Source of the DNA: Candidatus Poribacteria bacterium
GTDB taxonomy: Bacteria > Poribacteria > WGA-4E > WGA-3G
DNA: 64,000 nt
Reading direction: 5' to 3'
Assembly (NCBI GenBank): GCA_022824265.1
Contig: JAJEAG010000090.1
Coordinates: forward strand, 15,573 to 79,572
Positions 50,215 to 60,133 of the stretch are shown here, in pieces. The position numbers and the translations under genes were made by a program. The first letter of the stretch is position 1; every line of letters begins with the position of its first letter. Below the pieces are notes generated by a model. It was not told the DNA's origin, made no database searches, and saw nothing but the letters and a program-made list of their open reading frames with translations.

Positions 50215-50292
50215 TTAGAAACCTATGGGTGAAGTCGTAGAAATATTTTAACATGCACAGTGTGTAAAATGCAAATGCGGGTAGGTTTCTAA
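50215..50292. repeat. 11-bp inverted repeat, probable REP remnant related to family D
   Basis: TTAGAAACCTA (50215-50225) and TAGGTTTCTAA (50282-50292). Confidence 0.4.
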
Positions 50293-50349
50293 TAGTTTGT
50301 CTGAACTTAGGTTTAGAGGATTACTTTGTTCCCAGATAACTACAGAAAA

Positions 50350-50700
50350 CTATAAAGATTGGAAATCTTTCTTTAATTTACGCAAACGAAGAACAACATC
50401 AAGTGGATTTTTCTCGTACTCTTCTCGTGACCTGCGACAGTATTCTAAATAATCCTCAAAATACGCACCAACCTTTTCTTTATTTTGCAGATAGTATAGG
50501 ATTGTAGCGTAAACCTGTTCCAAGGTAACAGTATAATAACGATCAGCAATTGCCTCAGGTGTCTTACCGTTGTTAATATACTCGTCAAGCACAGTTTCTA
50601 TGCCTATACGTGTTCCTTTGATACGAATATCATTTTCTGCTAAAAAGTTAAAGTAATCTTCAATTTGCATGGTATATTTAATTTCCATTGATAATATCAA
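50350..50700 (-). CDS. DUF433 domain protein (antitoxin-like; likely start near 50670)
   Basis: IRIKGTRIGIETVL...G.TPEAIA..Y....LEQVYATILYY. Confidence 0.85.
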   Translation of the reverse strand: MILSMEIKYTMQIEDYFNFLAENDIRIKGTRIGIETVLDEYINNGKTPEAIADRYYTVTLEQVYATILYYLQNKEKVGAYFEDYLEYCRRSREEYEKNPLDVVLRLRKLKKDFQSL

Positions 50701-50884
50701 AGTTCTCTATTACTATAAATTATATCTCAAACCTTGTAGAACATCAAACCTATTTTGGTTTTGAATTTACCATTCTTCCATATACTAACTCATACTAAAC
50801 CAGAAAAAGTATTTCTTCATACGATTTGACAACTAACTCCACCTCAAAATCACAATTAGTATTCATCCAATCATTTTACAATGA

Positions 50885-52108
50885 TTATAATCGCATATCA
50901 AATACAGTTTTGACAGTGCCAGTTTTTCCAGTGTTTAATGCAGTCTGAACTGCCTTTTTGTAGTCTTTTAGTTGGAAAGGAGTTCCGACAAGTGGCGGTA
51001 ATTTCGCTCCATGATCCTGTAGAAGATGTGTGCCGAGTTGGAAGGTATGAATCTGTTCCTCATTAAATAACTCAATCCCATAGGCATAAGCACCTCTTAC
51101 ATTTAATTGTTTATACCAGATAGATGTCCAGTCTATATTTTGTGGTATACCTGGCATCCCAAGCAGGATCACATTTCCGTTTGCTCGTGTGAACCGAAGT
51201 GCATCGTCTATAGTAACGCTTGAACCGATACAGTCGAAGGTTATATCTACGCCTCCAAGTAAAACTTTTTGTCCGATTTCTGGTTGAAAAGCTTCGGCAT
51301 CAATTAATTCAGAGAAAACATCATAACGACTTCTATTAGGTGGTATCACCACATCAGCACCGAGATCGCGAGCGAACTGTTGTTGGTGAGGATATTTAGC
51401 AAAATTGATAATTCTGTTTTGGTAACCGAGTATTCGAAGTGCAGCAACAGTCAGCAATCCAATTGTACCACTACCGATTACACAGATATTGTCTGCGGTG
51501 TAGAATTGAGTCTGTAAAACTCCGTGTAATGCGCAAGCGAAGGGTTCAAGTAACACAGCAACTTCATCGGACATATCATCGGGTACACGATGTAATTGTG
51601 AATGATGTGCAAGAACGTATTGACTCCATCCGCCACCTGTATCAGCACAAAATCCTGTTTGTAGACCAGCAGAAATGCTGCCATTTTTTATATTTTCACA
51701 GTTTGCAAAACTAAGATTTATGCACTGAATACAAGGTGGTTCTACTTCCCGTACTCTACACGATAATGCGGGTTCAATAACCACACGTTCTCCGATAGAC
51801 CATCCCTCTACTAAATCACCTATCTCATCAATTTCACCAACAATCTCATGTCCCAGTACAAATGGTGTTGATGTGAATGGAGAAAGATATACACTTCCCT
51901 TAGAAGTGATCGTTGCTAAATCGGAGCCGCAGATGCCGCTGAGTCTTGTTTTGATTTTGACCCATTGTTGTGTTGGTAACTGTGGTTCTGGTATATCAAC
52001 GCGATTTATGCAGGAAAGCGGGGACGTGTATAGGCTACGCCACCGTTTGCCGAGGTAGCGTATTGCGAGATAACGTGGGATGTTTTTGGTATACAGAATT
52101 GCTTCCAC
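50885..52108 (-). CDS. Zinc-dependent alcohol dehydrogenase (MDR family)
   Basis: GICGSD, LGHEIVG, a Cys cluster for structural Zn, EPFACALH and GSGTIG. Confidence 0.9.
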   Translation of the reverse strand: MEAILYTKNIPRYLAIRYLGKRWRSLYTSPLSCINRVDIPEPQLPTQQWVKIKTRLSGICGSDLATITSKGSVYLSPFTSTPFVLGHEIVGEIDEIGDLVEGWSIGERVVIEPALSCRVREVEPPCIQCINLSFANCENIKNGSISAGLQTGFCADTGGGWSQYVLAHHSQLHRVPDDMSDEVAVLLEPFACALHGVLQTQFYTADNICVIGSGTIGLLTVAALRILGYQNRIINFAKYPHQQQFARDLGADVVIPPNRSRYDVFSELIDAEAFQPEIGQKVLLGGVDITFDCIGSSVTIDDALRFTRANGNVILLGMPGIPQNIDWTSIWYKQLNVRGAYAYGIELFNEEQIHTFQLGTHLLQDHGAKLPPLVGTPFQLKDYKKAVQTALNTGKTGTVKTVFDMRL

Positions 52109-52122
52109 TGATATATACTTTA

Positions 52123-53895
52123 CTACTCTGAGGTTTCCGATGATTCATCATCTTCACGGATTACCTTTTTATCCATTGCTTTCTCAATTACTTCAATCAG
52201 TGCATTTTTACGGGCAATAAAAAATTTCCAAAAATCATCAGTTCGGAGCGAATTAGGGCAGATCAGATGAGAATCAAGTCTTCTATCCATTATAGTTTGA
52301 TCAATATCTACCTCAGTTTGTATCCTATCTAAATATACTGAAGGAGCCCTACTACCTATTTTTTGATTTGTCCGTGCTGAGATTGCTGTTTTATTGATAA
52401 TACTATTGTAGTCATTACGATTAATATTGTTTTTTTCACACCAGGCTTTGGGAAATATATGGTGGATGTTAATGCTATCGTCAAAAAAGACTTTTTCATC
52501 AATAGCTATACCAGTGCGAAAATCACTGCATTTTACTGTTCCTCTATCCTGCATAATCAACGCATATATTCCCTTATAGACTGCCCCTGTAAGGGATTGA
52601 AGTCTTGCTAACCGATTCTCCAAGAAATTTGAGTCATGAATTGTTGTTGGTTCTTTTCCTCCTTCAGTTACCCAATTTATTACTTCTAAAAAATCGTTAG
52701 CTGATCGTGTATCGGTGGATCCTGCATACATCTCACCAAGTACACCACACCAGTACCAGCGAGCTATTTTCTGTTGAACAAGCTCTGTTTCACTAAGGTC
52801 TTCTAAATATGTCAATATTGCAGCAAGTGGTACAAGCTGAGCTGAATAAGGAACATTTTTTGCGTCGAATATTTTCTGTCCATGCAAAAAACGTGCTGCT
52901 TTTATAAAACCTTTTTCAACATGATTGGACCAATCTTCATAACTGTTTCGATCCAACTCCAATATGTCCTTACGTTTACAACTTACAGTGGAATTCTGAT
53001 TTTTGGTAACGAGCAATGTTAGTGCCTGTAGAAAATTGACATCCCCCAATTTTCTTAAAACCTTATATCGTCTTAGACTTTTTTGTCTGAGTTTCCAATC
53101 ATCACGTAATGAAAATTCTTCTGCTGCAAGTGATGCGGTAAGAAGCTCAAAAACGTTGAGTTCAATTCCTTGTTGGTTTACTTTCTCAAAGATTTGGCAA
53201 ATTGCTTCTTTGGGAGTATCTTTATCAAGAACAATAAGTGGAATGCGGTACTGTTCAAATGACTTTATAACTTCATTATTGAATTTTTGGTATAAGTGCC
53301 ATTTCTCTGGATTCAACTTCCAATGTTCTATAAATCCTTGCATCCAAGAGTCAGTATCAAATATTTTACTCACAGGAAAGAAATTTTGCTCATATTCTTT
53401 TTGTGGTGTAGATAAGTCAAGATCCTTGTCACGACGAAATCTGTTTATAATAAGATTCTCAGGAACAGAGACGACAGCATTATCCCAATTAACTGATTGG
53501 GAAACACACTCTTTCATGTCTAGATAATACCACCTTTTAATTTCCCTATTCTTTGAATCCAAAGTTTTTACAGCTTGTTCAGATATCAGAGATTGGAACA
53601 AGGCAGTTAATCGTTGCTGTCCATCCAAAATTAATGTATCAGGAGTTACTTCATCTATCTTTGGGTTTGTCCCTGCGATGCGACGAGGTTCAAAACGGAC
53701 TGTACCTCCGTTCTCAAGCAACATAACTGCTCCAATTGGGAACGACTGGGCTATACTAGCGATTAGACTCTTGATGTGTTCGTCATTCCATCTCCAGTCA
53801 CGTTGGAATTCTGGAAGTTGAACAGTCCCATCTTTTATCTCTTTGAGTTTTTCTTGTAGGGAGTCTCTATGACGACTTGAAGTACTCATTGTCAT
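52123..53895 (-). CDS. GmrSD-family modification-dependent restriction protein (DUF262 + HNH-like C-terminus)
   Basis: LPEFQRDWRW, FPIG, LDGQQRLT, FEKVN and C-terminal IHHIFPK...N...N. Confidence 0.85.
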   Translation of the reverse strand: MTMSTSSRHRDSLQEKLKEIKDGTVQLPEFQRDWRWNDEHIKSLIASIAQSFPIGAVMLLENGGTVRFEPRRIAGTNPKIDEVTPDTLILDGQQRLTALFQSLISEQAVKTLDSKNREIKRWYYLDMKECVSQSVNWDNAVVSVPENLIINRFRRDKDLDLSTPQKEYEQNFFPVSKIFDTDSWMQGFIEHWKLNPEKWHLYQKFNNEVIKSFEQYRIPLIVLDKDTPKEAICQIFEKVNQQGIELNVFELLTASLAAEEFSLRDDWKLRQKSLRRYKVLRKLGDVNFLQALTLLVTKNQNSTVSCKRKDILELDRNSYEDWSNHVEKGFIKAARFLHGQKIFDAKNVPYSAQLVPLAAILTYLEDLSETELVQQKIARWYWCGVLGEMYAGSTDTRSANDFLEVINWVTEGGKEPTTIHDSNFLENRLARLQSLTGAVYKGIYALIMQDRGTVKCSDFRTGIAIDEKVFFDDSINIHHIFPKAWCEKNNINRNDYNSIINKTAISARTNQKIGSRAPSVYLDRIQTEVDIDQTIMDRRLDSHLICPNSLRTDDFWKFFIARKNALIEVIEKAMDKKVIREDDESSETSE

Positions 53896-53982
53896 CTCCT
53901 AAATTAGATAGATTAGTAAATAAAACAGCACGAAAATATCATAGACGGTATGACAATTTCCTGACTAAAGAAATTATTAATA

Positions 53983-55179
53983 TTAGTCTTGCTTCTCACT
54001 TTGGTAATACTGCATCAGAATCTCTGCGACTTCAGGTCTTGCAATTTCGGGTGGGAGTGGTTCTCCAGCAGCAAGTATCTCACGTTGTTTTGTTCCTGAG
54101 ATAGTGAAATAATCATCGTTTCCGTGTGGGCAATCTCCCATCATGATGATTTTCTTACATTTATTGCACCACATTGTCCAGTTTCCTCTGAAGATTTCTA
54201 TATTCAATGCATCTGTTGGAATGTCATCAAAAATTGCTTGTGCATCAAAGGGTCCATAATAATCTCCCGCACCAGCATGGTCGCGTCCAACGATGAAGTG
54301 TGATGCACCACAGTTTTGTCTGAATACAGCGTGTAGTAACGCTTCTCGTGGACCGGCATATAACATGTCAAATCCGTAGCCTGTAATTGAGACAGTATTT
54401 TCAGGGAAATAGTTTTTAACCATAGCGCGGATAGCATCATCACGCACGGAAGCAGGAATGTCACCGGGTTTTAATTTTCCAAGAAGCATATGGATAAGAA
54501 CACCGTCAGCGTCTACCTCTCTTTGAGCAATCTTGCAGAGTTCCTCATGTGCGCGGTGCATCGGGTTACGCGTCTGAAATGCTACAACCTTTTCCCAACC
54601 GCGCGCTGCTATATCTTCACGAATCTCAACTGCAGTTCGGAATGTACCGGGGAAGTCTTCGGGGAAATAGGAGTAGTTCAATACTTGAATGGGACCGGAG
54701 AGTACATTGTTACCAACTTCTGCGAAAGCGGGAACACCGGGATGTTCTGGGTCAGTTGTTCCAAAAGTCTTTTCAATTATTATGTTTTTCTGCTCGGAAG
54801 AGAGGGTTTCAATTGCCGATACATCCATTACCGCAAGTACTGGTTCACCTTCAACGTTCGGGTCACGTAATGCAATTCGGTCAGCATTTTTCACTGCATC
54901 AGTCAATTGTTCATCAGGTACGATATTCATTATTGGGATGGGCCAAAAAAGTCCGTTGAGAAGTTTCATGTCATTGGCAACACTTATTGCTTCTGCGATA
55001 TTCATATATCCTGTCAACGGAGTGAAATAACCCGAGGCAAGCATTACGGCTGACGCAGCTGCACCTGATGAGACTGTAACTGAAGGAAGTTGTTCTGCCT
55101 CCTTGGTCAGTTCTTTACGTTCTGCATCATCCGATACATAAAGCGGTGTTAAGGTTTCGGCTCCATGTGGTTTTATCAT
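53983..55179 (-). CDS. sat: Sulfate adenylyltransferase (ATP sulfurylase)
   Basis: VAFQTRNPMHRAHE, MLYAGPREA, FIVGRDHAG and ISGT. Confidence 0.95.
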   Translation of the reverse strand: MIKPHGAETLTPLYVSDDAERKELTKEAEQLPSVTVSSGAAASAVMLASGYFTPLTGYMNIAEAISVANDMKLLNGLFWPIPIMNIVPDEQLTDAVKNADRIALRDPNVEGEPVLAVMDVSAIETLSSEQKNIIIEKTFGTTDPEHPGVPAFAEVGNNVLSGPIQVLNYSYFPEDFPGTFRTAVEIREDIAARGWEKVVAFQTRNPMHRAHEELCKIAQREVDADGVLIHMLLGKLKPGDIPASVRDDAIRAMVKNYFPENTVSITGYGFDMLYAGPREALLHAVFRQNCGASHFIVGRDHAGAGDYYGPFDAQAIFDDIPTDALNIEIFRGNWTMWCNKCKKIIMMGDCPHGNDDYFTISGTKQREILAAGEPLPPEIARPEVAEILMQYYQSEKQD

Positions 55180-55226
55180 TATGTCTCCTTTTCTTACCTA
55201 ATAAACTATTGTTGAATAGAAATATG

Positions 55227-57353
55227 TTATTCATTTACGGAAATCTGTTCAACAGTACATCCATTCCATATCCAGTGTATATGCCTTTTCGCTGTCTCTA
55301 TCCGTTTTTTTGAAGTATATATGACGAGTACGAGACGGTTATTGTCTACTTCTATTGTAGCTTCCTTTTCCACCTTTTTGTTGCCGGGTGGAACAAAAAG
55401 TTTCTTTATAATTGGTTTCCCATTTGCCAACATATTGACTTCATGTGTCGCACCTTCTGCTGACTGAAATATGTTGGTGATACGATAAGTACCATTTGGC
55501 ATGTCTATACGAAAGGCAGCATCTTCTCTTCCGTGAACTGAATCCCTTGTTAGTGGTGTTGTGTTTTCTGGAGGACCCAGATATGCAGCACGAGGTGAAA
55601 GTCGCCAATTTGCTTTATTCTGCGGATCTGTTGGATTCCATTCAGTATCCCATCCGTATTTTCCATCTTGATACATTGTTTTCGGACCAACTATGTGGTA
55701 GTTCTCCTCAACTTCGGCATTGTCAGGTTGCATATCAAATCGGATAATTAGGTTCCTCTCTTCAGTCTCATCCCAAAGTTCAAGTGCTGGTTGTTCTGTT
55801 TTTCTTTTAAATAGTTTAAGGTGTTCCGTTTCATGGATTATATCATAATTGGGTTGTAGATCTGCAAACGGTTCGGTTTCTGGATACATCCAAGCGATTA
55901 CGTAATCTGCTCTTATATAGTCTAATCCCACACTATCTCTATTATTTCGATTAACAGGAAAGTAGTAATAGTTTGCCTCGTAGTTTGCCATGTGGACAAC
56001 ATCATCAGCATATACCCCATAAAAAGCTTGGGTATGGACAAAAGGAGCGACAGGATCAACCCGTCCGAGTGACTTGGATTTATGCCCATCTGCAGTGCGA
56101 ATTGCAAATGTTGAATGTGGTTCAATATAGTCTGTTCCTGATACCAGTTCTGCCATTTCAGGTGAGATATTTCCATGCTCATAAGCAGTCCTACCGAAAT
56201 GGATTAATGCGAAAATTAACAAGCAAGTCATGATTCCGTACCGCACTACTTTGTGCATATCAATAACAAACCATGGTGCCATCATCAGCAGAATGTAAAT
56301 ATAAATTCTGTCGTTTATCCAACCACCGGGTCCATAACTCCAAGGTGCTTTGATGAACATATAAGTATATAAGATTGCAATCAGTAGAAACGCATCAGTG
56401 CTTTTAATCCACTCCTTTCGATATATTCGGTAACCAATTGCAATAAGTACAGCAATTCCCAGGACAACGAGTAAGAAGTGGTTTGGATGTTTATGCCAAT
56501 GTGTGAAGTAGACAAGGCATCCAATGTCAAAAAAGTAGTCCCAAATGTAATCCATACCTCTATGGCTGCCTGTTGGATGTCTTTTGATGCTATGCAAATA
56601 GTATTCCATTAGCACAAAATAGATAGGCACCATGTAGAAAAGGAAGCGGAAGAAAGGTTTAAGGTTTATAACAAATTGCCTAAGCATTACACCAATACTT
56701 TCTCTGTGCTCTTGCCATGCTTTTGCTAATGCTTCACAACCCCATATTGATCCTGCTGCAACAGATATACCTAAAACGGCAAGTCCATAAGATGCAATGT
56801 GGGACAGATAAGTGAGTAGTAACAGCACGTACATTACGCAGATATGTTTGACCTGCATGTTGTCCTTATGCTTCCACCAGAAACCAAAACTAAAAAAGAA
56901 AAACGAAATACTAAGTGTAAAATTGTAAAATCCCATATAAAGGAGATAATTGTAAGCAAACGGAAAACCGAGCCATGCGTACAGAAACCTATCTTTTTTA
57001 TCTTTGTGGACTGCATCAATGAAGTAAAAGAACGCAATCGGTATCATACCAATTGCAATCGTTAGGAAGACTTTCTCTGCCATGACAGGTGGAAATACGT
57101 AGAGAAGTCCTGCAAGTGCAATGTGGGATAACCAGTTTGGAAAGATGGTGATATTGAGTTGCCATGCATCCCGTATCTTATAATTTTCGTGCTTGGAGTA
57201 TTCTTTTAGGACTAATCCATTGTAGACATGGCTTGGTCCGTCTTGTGAGGGAAAGTAGGCAAAAATCCATATCGGTAGGAGATATAATATGAGTAACACA
57301 ACAAAAATATGTTTCCATGATAAATCTCTCCAATTTAACATTTTGTACTCCAA
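55227..57353 (-). CDS. Polytopic membrane protein (GT-C-like N-terminus) with a C-terminal galactose-binding-like domain (likely start ATG 57341)
   Basis: Many TM helices with SQDGPSH in the first loop and YMGFYNF; the soluble C-terminus has RFDMQP, YGWD and FRIDMPNGTYRI. Confidence 0.65.
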   Translation of the reverse strand: MEYKMLNWRDLSWKHIFVVLLILYLLPIWIFAYFPSQDGPSHVYNGLVLKEYSKHENYKIRDAWQLNITIFPNWLSHIALAGLLYVFPPVMAEKVFLTIAIGMIPIAFFYFIDAVHKDKKDRFLYAWLGFPFAYNYLLYMGFYNFTLSISFFFFSFGFWWKHKDNMQVKHICVMYVLLLLTYLSHIASYGLAVLGISVAAGSIWGCEALAKAWQEHRESIGVMLRQFVINLKPFFRFLFYMVPIYFVLMEYYLHSIKRHPTGSHRGMDYIWDYFFDIGCLVYFTHWHKHPNHFLLVVLGIAVLIAIGYRIYRKEWIKSTDAFLLIAILYTYMFIKAPWSYGPGGWINDRIYIYILLMMAPWFVIDMHKVVRYGIMTCLLIFALIHFGRTAYEHGNISPEMAELVSGTDYIEPHSTFAIRTADGHKSKSLGRVDPVAPFVHTQAFYGVYADDVVHMANYEANYYYFPVNRNNRDSVGLDYIRADYVIAWMYPETEPFADLQPNYDIIHETEHLKLFKRKTEQPALELWDETEERNLIIRFDMQPDNAEVEENYHIVGPKTMYQDGKYGWDTEWNPTDPQNKANWRLSPRAAYLGPPENTTPLTRDSVHGREDAAFRIDMPNGTYRITNIFQSAEGATHEVNMLANGKPIIKKLFVPPGNKKVEKEATIEVDNNRLVLVIYTSKKRIETAKRHIHWIWNGCTVEQISVNE

Positions 57354-57365
57354 ATATCTGAGAAC

Positions 57366-58034
57366 TTAAGTTTGCATGTTTTCTTTAAAGTAGAGGCATT
57401 CGTCAGTCAATGGACATTTTTCACACAACGGTTTTCTTGCGTTACAGATCTGTCTTCCGAAATATATCAGATTCATGTGAAATGGGTATGTTTTACCTTT
57501 GGGAATAATAGGTGGTAATACATAGTGTGCCTTTTCAGCACTACAATTTTGGGGAATCAATCCGAGCCGTTTAGATATACGCAGGATATGTGTGTCAACA
57601 GGAAATACATCTCTCCCGCACGCGAAGGAAAGTGTAACTGATGCAGTTTTGATACCGATACCTTTATGCTGACATAGGAATTCTAAGGCATCCTCAGTTT
57701 TCATGTCATGTATAAATTCTAACGACAACTCACCATGTTCGGTTTTGAGCCACGAGAGAAAATTTTTGATTGTCTTAGTTTTTTGTTGACCTAATCCAAC
57801 TATTCTTATTGTTTCTTCAACAGCATCAGCATCAGCATTCAGGACATCTTCCCATGTTGGAAATTTATTTCTCAGCTGTACGTATCCTTTATCACGACTG
57901 ACATCCGTAGTATTCTGTGATAAAATAGTTAGGATAAGGCATTCCAACACATCCTCAGTTCCATCCCATGTTGGAAGACCGAGTAATTTTTCGAGTGTAT
58001 CTGAAATGTATTCCGCTTTCTGTTTTAATTTCAA
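57366..58034 (-). CDS. nth: Endonuclease III family DNA glycosylase
   Basis: ILSQNTTD, HhH motif KGIGIKTA, FPVDTH and the 4Fe-4S motif C-x6-C-x2-C-x5-C. Confidence 0.85.
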   Translation of the reverse strand: MKLKQKAEYISDTLEKLLGLPTWDGTEDVLECLILTILSQNTTDVSRDKGYVQLRNKFPTWEDVLNADADAVEETIRIVGLGQQKTKTIKNFLSWLKTEHGELSLEFIHDMKTEDALEFLCQHKGIGIKTASVTLSFACGRDVFPVDTHILRISKRLGLIPQNCSAEKAHYVLPPIIPKGKTYPFHMNLIYFGRQICNARKPLCEKCPLTDECLYFKENMQT

Positions 58035-58107
58035 TTACTGTTACCATGTCTTATGTTTACAATATTATACCACAAAAAGAAAAAATAGCAATTTATTTAT
58101 AGACTTA

Positions 58108-60039
58108 CTAAAACAGGAAACGATACATCGGTTGATCAAGAAAAACAGCAAGAAGACTCCAGAAAGCACCGATGACAAATTCTCCCAGTACAATTCCAAG
58201 GAAGAACGGAATTGCTTTTCGATGTAGTCGGATACCACCATATTTAAGTACAATCCATTTCAGCAACCAGCCTACAAAGATTGATCCGATCATCGGATTA
58301 ATTGCCCAACTGCCAGATATAGCATAACCAACAGGATGAAGATTCCACCATATAAACCGCATACGCAACGCTGCAAGGAGTAAGGTCAGGACAAATCCAA
58401 AGGAGGCAAAACTTATCGCAGGAACGTCTGGAGGAGCAGCATAGGTTAACCACGATTCAAGTCTTCCAAACGATTCCCGACCAAAACCCGGACCACCACC
58501 TTCCGCGTAATACATTGAAAGAAATGCCCAAAACGAACCTATTGCACCGAGAACCGTTGCTAACATCATTAACAATGCAAATCTTCCTATAGGAATGTTT
58601 GCTCCTTCTGCTAACTTAAATCCCTCAAGTTGATGCGGCATTGCATGTGAACGATGTGCTCGGTTTAGAAAATATAGATATGAGAACCCAGTTAAGTTCA
58701 CTGCACCCAGATGACGTATACCGACCAATCTTGGTAACATCTCATCTGGACCAATAAAGTGTAAATCATGCACAGGTGAACCAAGTTCGGCGCGTAGTCT
58801 TGTAATTGCAATTGCTATTGCAAACCAGATAGCAAAATAAACAATGATGATCCAAAGACTCATCCCCATTTTTAGACAGAATCCTACAATGAATGTGATA
58901 CCACAAAGCAATGTGATGAGAACAAGTGAATAGGGTACGGGTTCATTTTGATTTCGTGTATCTTTGTCATATTGACTATGCCTTGAAAAAACACCTCTAA
59001 TAATCTGCTTTAAGTGACGTCGACTCATCCAAATCGCCAGGACACATAGACCAAGATAGGCACCATGAGATTGTTCTGCTTCATAGGGAAAACGTGGTAA
59101 ACCACGCCATCCAGCAATTGTCCCCAACAACCTTTCCGCACGCCAAATTAACCAAAATGCCCAACATGAGAAGGAAAGATCAAGCGGAATAAAAAATGAT
59201 AGACCTACTCCGAATGGGAAAACACCGATAGGACTCCATCCAATTCCGTTCCAAGGACGTTCTGTGAATATTCTACGGAGGTCATATAACTTTCCGCCAA
59301 GACTTGGCACTGCGGGAAATAAGAAGTTCAATCCGTTGATAATATCGATTGACATTCCTATCGCCAAACCCATCCACAGCCAAGGAGATTTGAAAAATCG
59401 ACCATTAGGAGTTGTCATTTCAAAAGGCAGTTGGATAATCGGATAACTCAGTCGCTCGGATTCAACCCACTGCTTGCGAAATATCAGACACATACACAAC
59501 ATGACAAGGTGTACTGCCACAATAAAGAGAGTCCACCAAAATATCTTTGGTATCCAAGCAATTAGGTTTTGTGATTCATAGACGCTTGAAAACCCATAAT
59601 AATATCCTTCAAGAGCGCGTTTATTACTTACAACTAACCAATCAGGAATGTGTAAGTGAAACAGATTCATCCAATCATTTTCTGGTGTTGCATACCAGTG
59701 GGCATGACCTATGAGAGGCATCAAGACAAGAAATCTATCCACACCGGCAAGACCAGCACCAATAGAGATGCATGTGTATATCACAAGTAGTTCGGCGCGG
59801 TTCAATGCAAGGACACGATTCACTCGGCGTAGCAAGAGTCCCAAACCCAACAGGATTAAAATGGTTAATATAGCATTGTAAAAAAGTGAAACTTGCGTTG
59901 GACTGCCGCCACCACGCAAGATTGATGCAGAGACCCACCAACAGTTTAGTGGAACTAAGACACAGATAAGGAGGATTGTAATTGGTCGGATTTTGAGTGT
60001 TTTTGGGGAATTATTTTCATTTTCTTTCATTTTACACAA
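58108..60039 (-). CDS. Polytopic membrane protein of the DUF6785/DUF6784 type (putative transporter)
   Basis: RKQWVESERLSYPI.QLP, TRLRAELG, WWNLHPVGY and WLLKWIVLKYGG...PFFLGIVLGE. Confidence 0.75.
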   Translation of the reverse strand: MCKMKENENNSPKTLKIRPITILLICVLVPLNCWWVSASILRGGGSPTQVSLFYNAILTILILLGLGLLLRRVNRVLALNRAELLVIYTCISIGAGLAGVDRFLVLMPLIGHAHWYATPENDWMNLFHLHIPDWLVVSNKRALEGYYYGFSSVYESQNLIAWIPKIFWWTLFIVAVHLVMLCMCLIFRKQWVESERLSYPIIQLPFEMTTPNGRFFKSPWLWMGLAIGMSIDIINGLNFLFPAVPSLGGKLYDLRRIFTERPWNGIGWSPIGVFPFGVGLSFFIPLDLSFSCWAFWLIWRAERLLGTIAGWRGLPRFPYEAEQSHGAYLGLCVLAIWMSRRHLKQIIRGVFSRHSQYDKDTRNQNEPVPYSLVLITLLCGITFIVGFCLKMGMSLWIIIVYFAIWFAIAIAITRLRAELGSPVHDLHFIGPDEMLPRLVGIRHLGAVNLTGFSYLYFLNRAHRSHAMPHQLEGFKLAEGANIPIGRFALLMMLATVLGAIGSFWAFLSMYYAEGGGPGFGRESFGRLESWLTYAAPPDVPAISFASFGFVLTLLLAALRMRFIWWNLHPVGYAISGSWAINPMIGSIFVGWLLKWIVLKYGGIRLHRKAIPFFLGIVLGEFVIGAFWSLLAVFLDQPMYRFLF

Positions 60040-60133
60040 TCAATTTTACATCATTATCGGACATTATACAATTATTTTTCTGATGAGACAGTTCATATAA
60101 CAGTGTGTTGTCATTGTTTAGTGTTGTCTGTTT

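Noticed and set aside
52123-55179. DNA phosphorothioation system (sat plus DUF262)
   Set aside because: No dnd or ssp genes or cysteine desulfurase are in the window, and Sat is not a known component of those systems.
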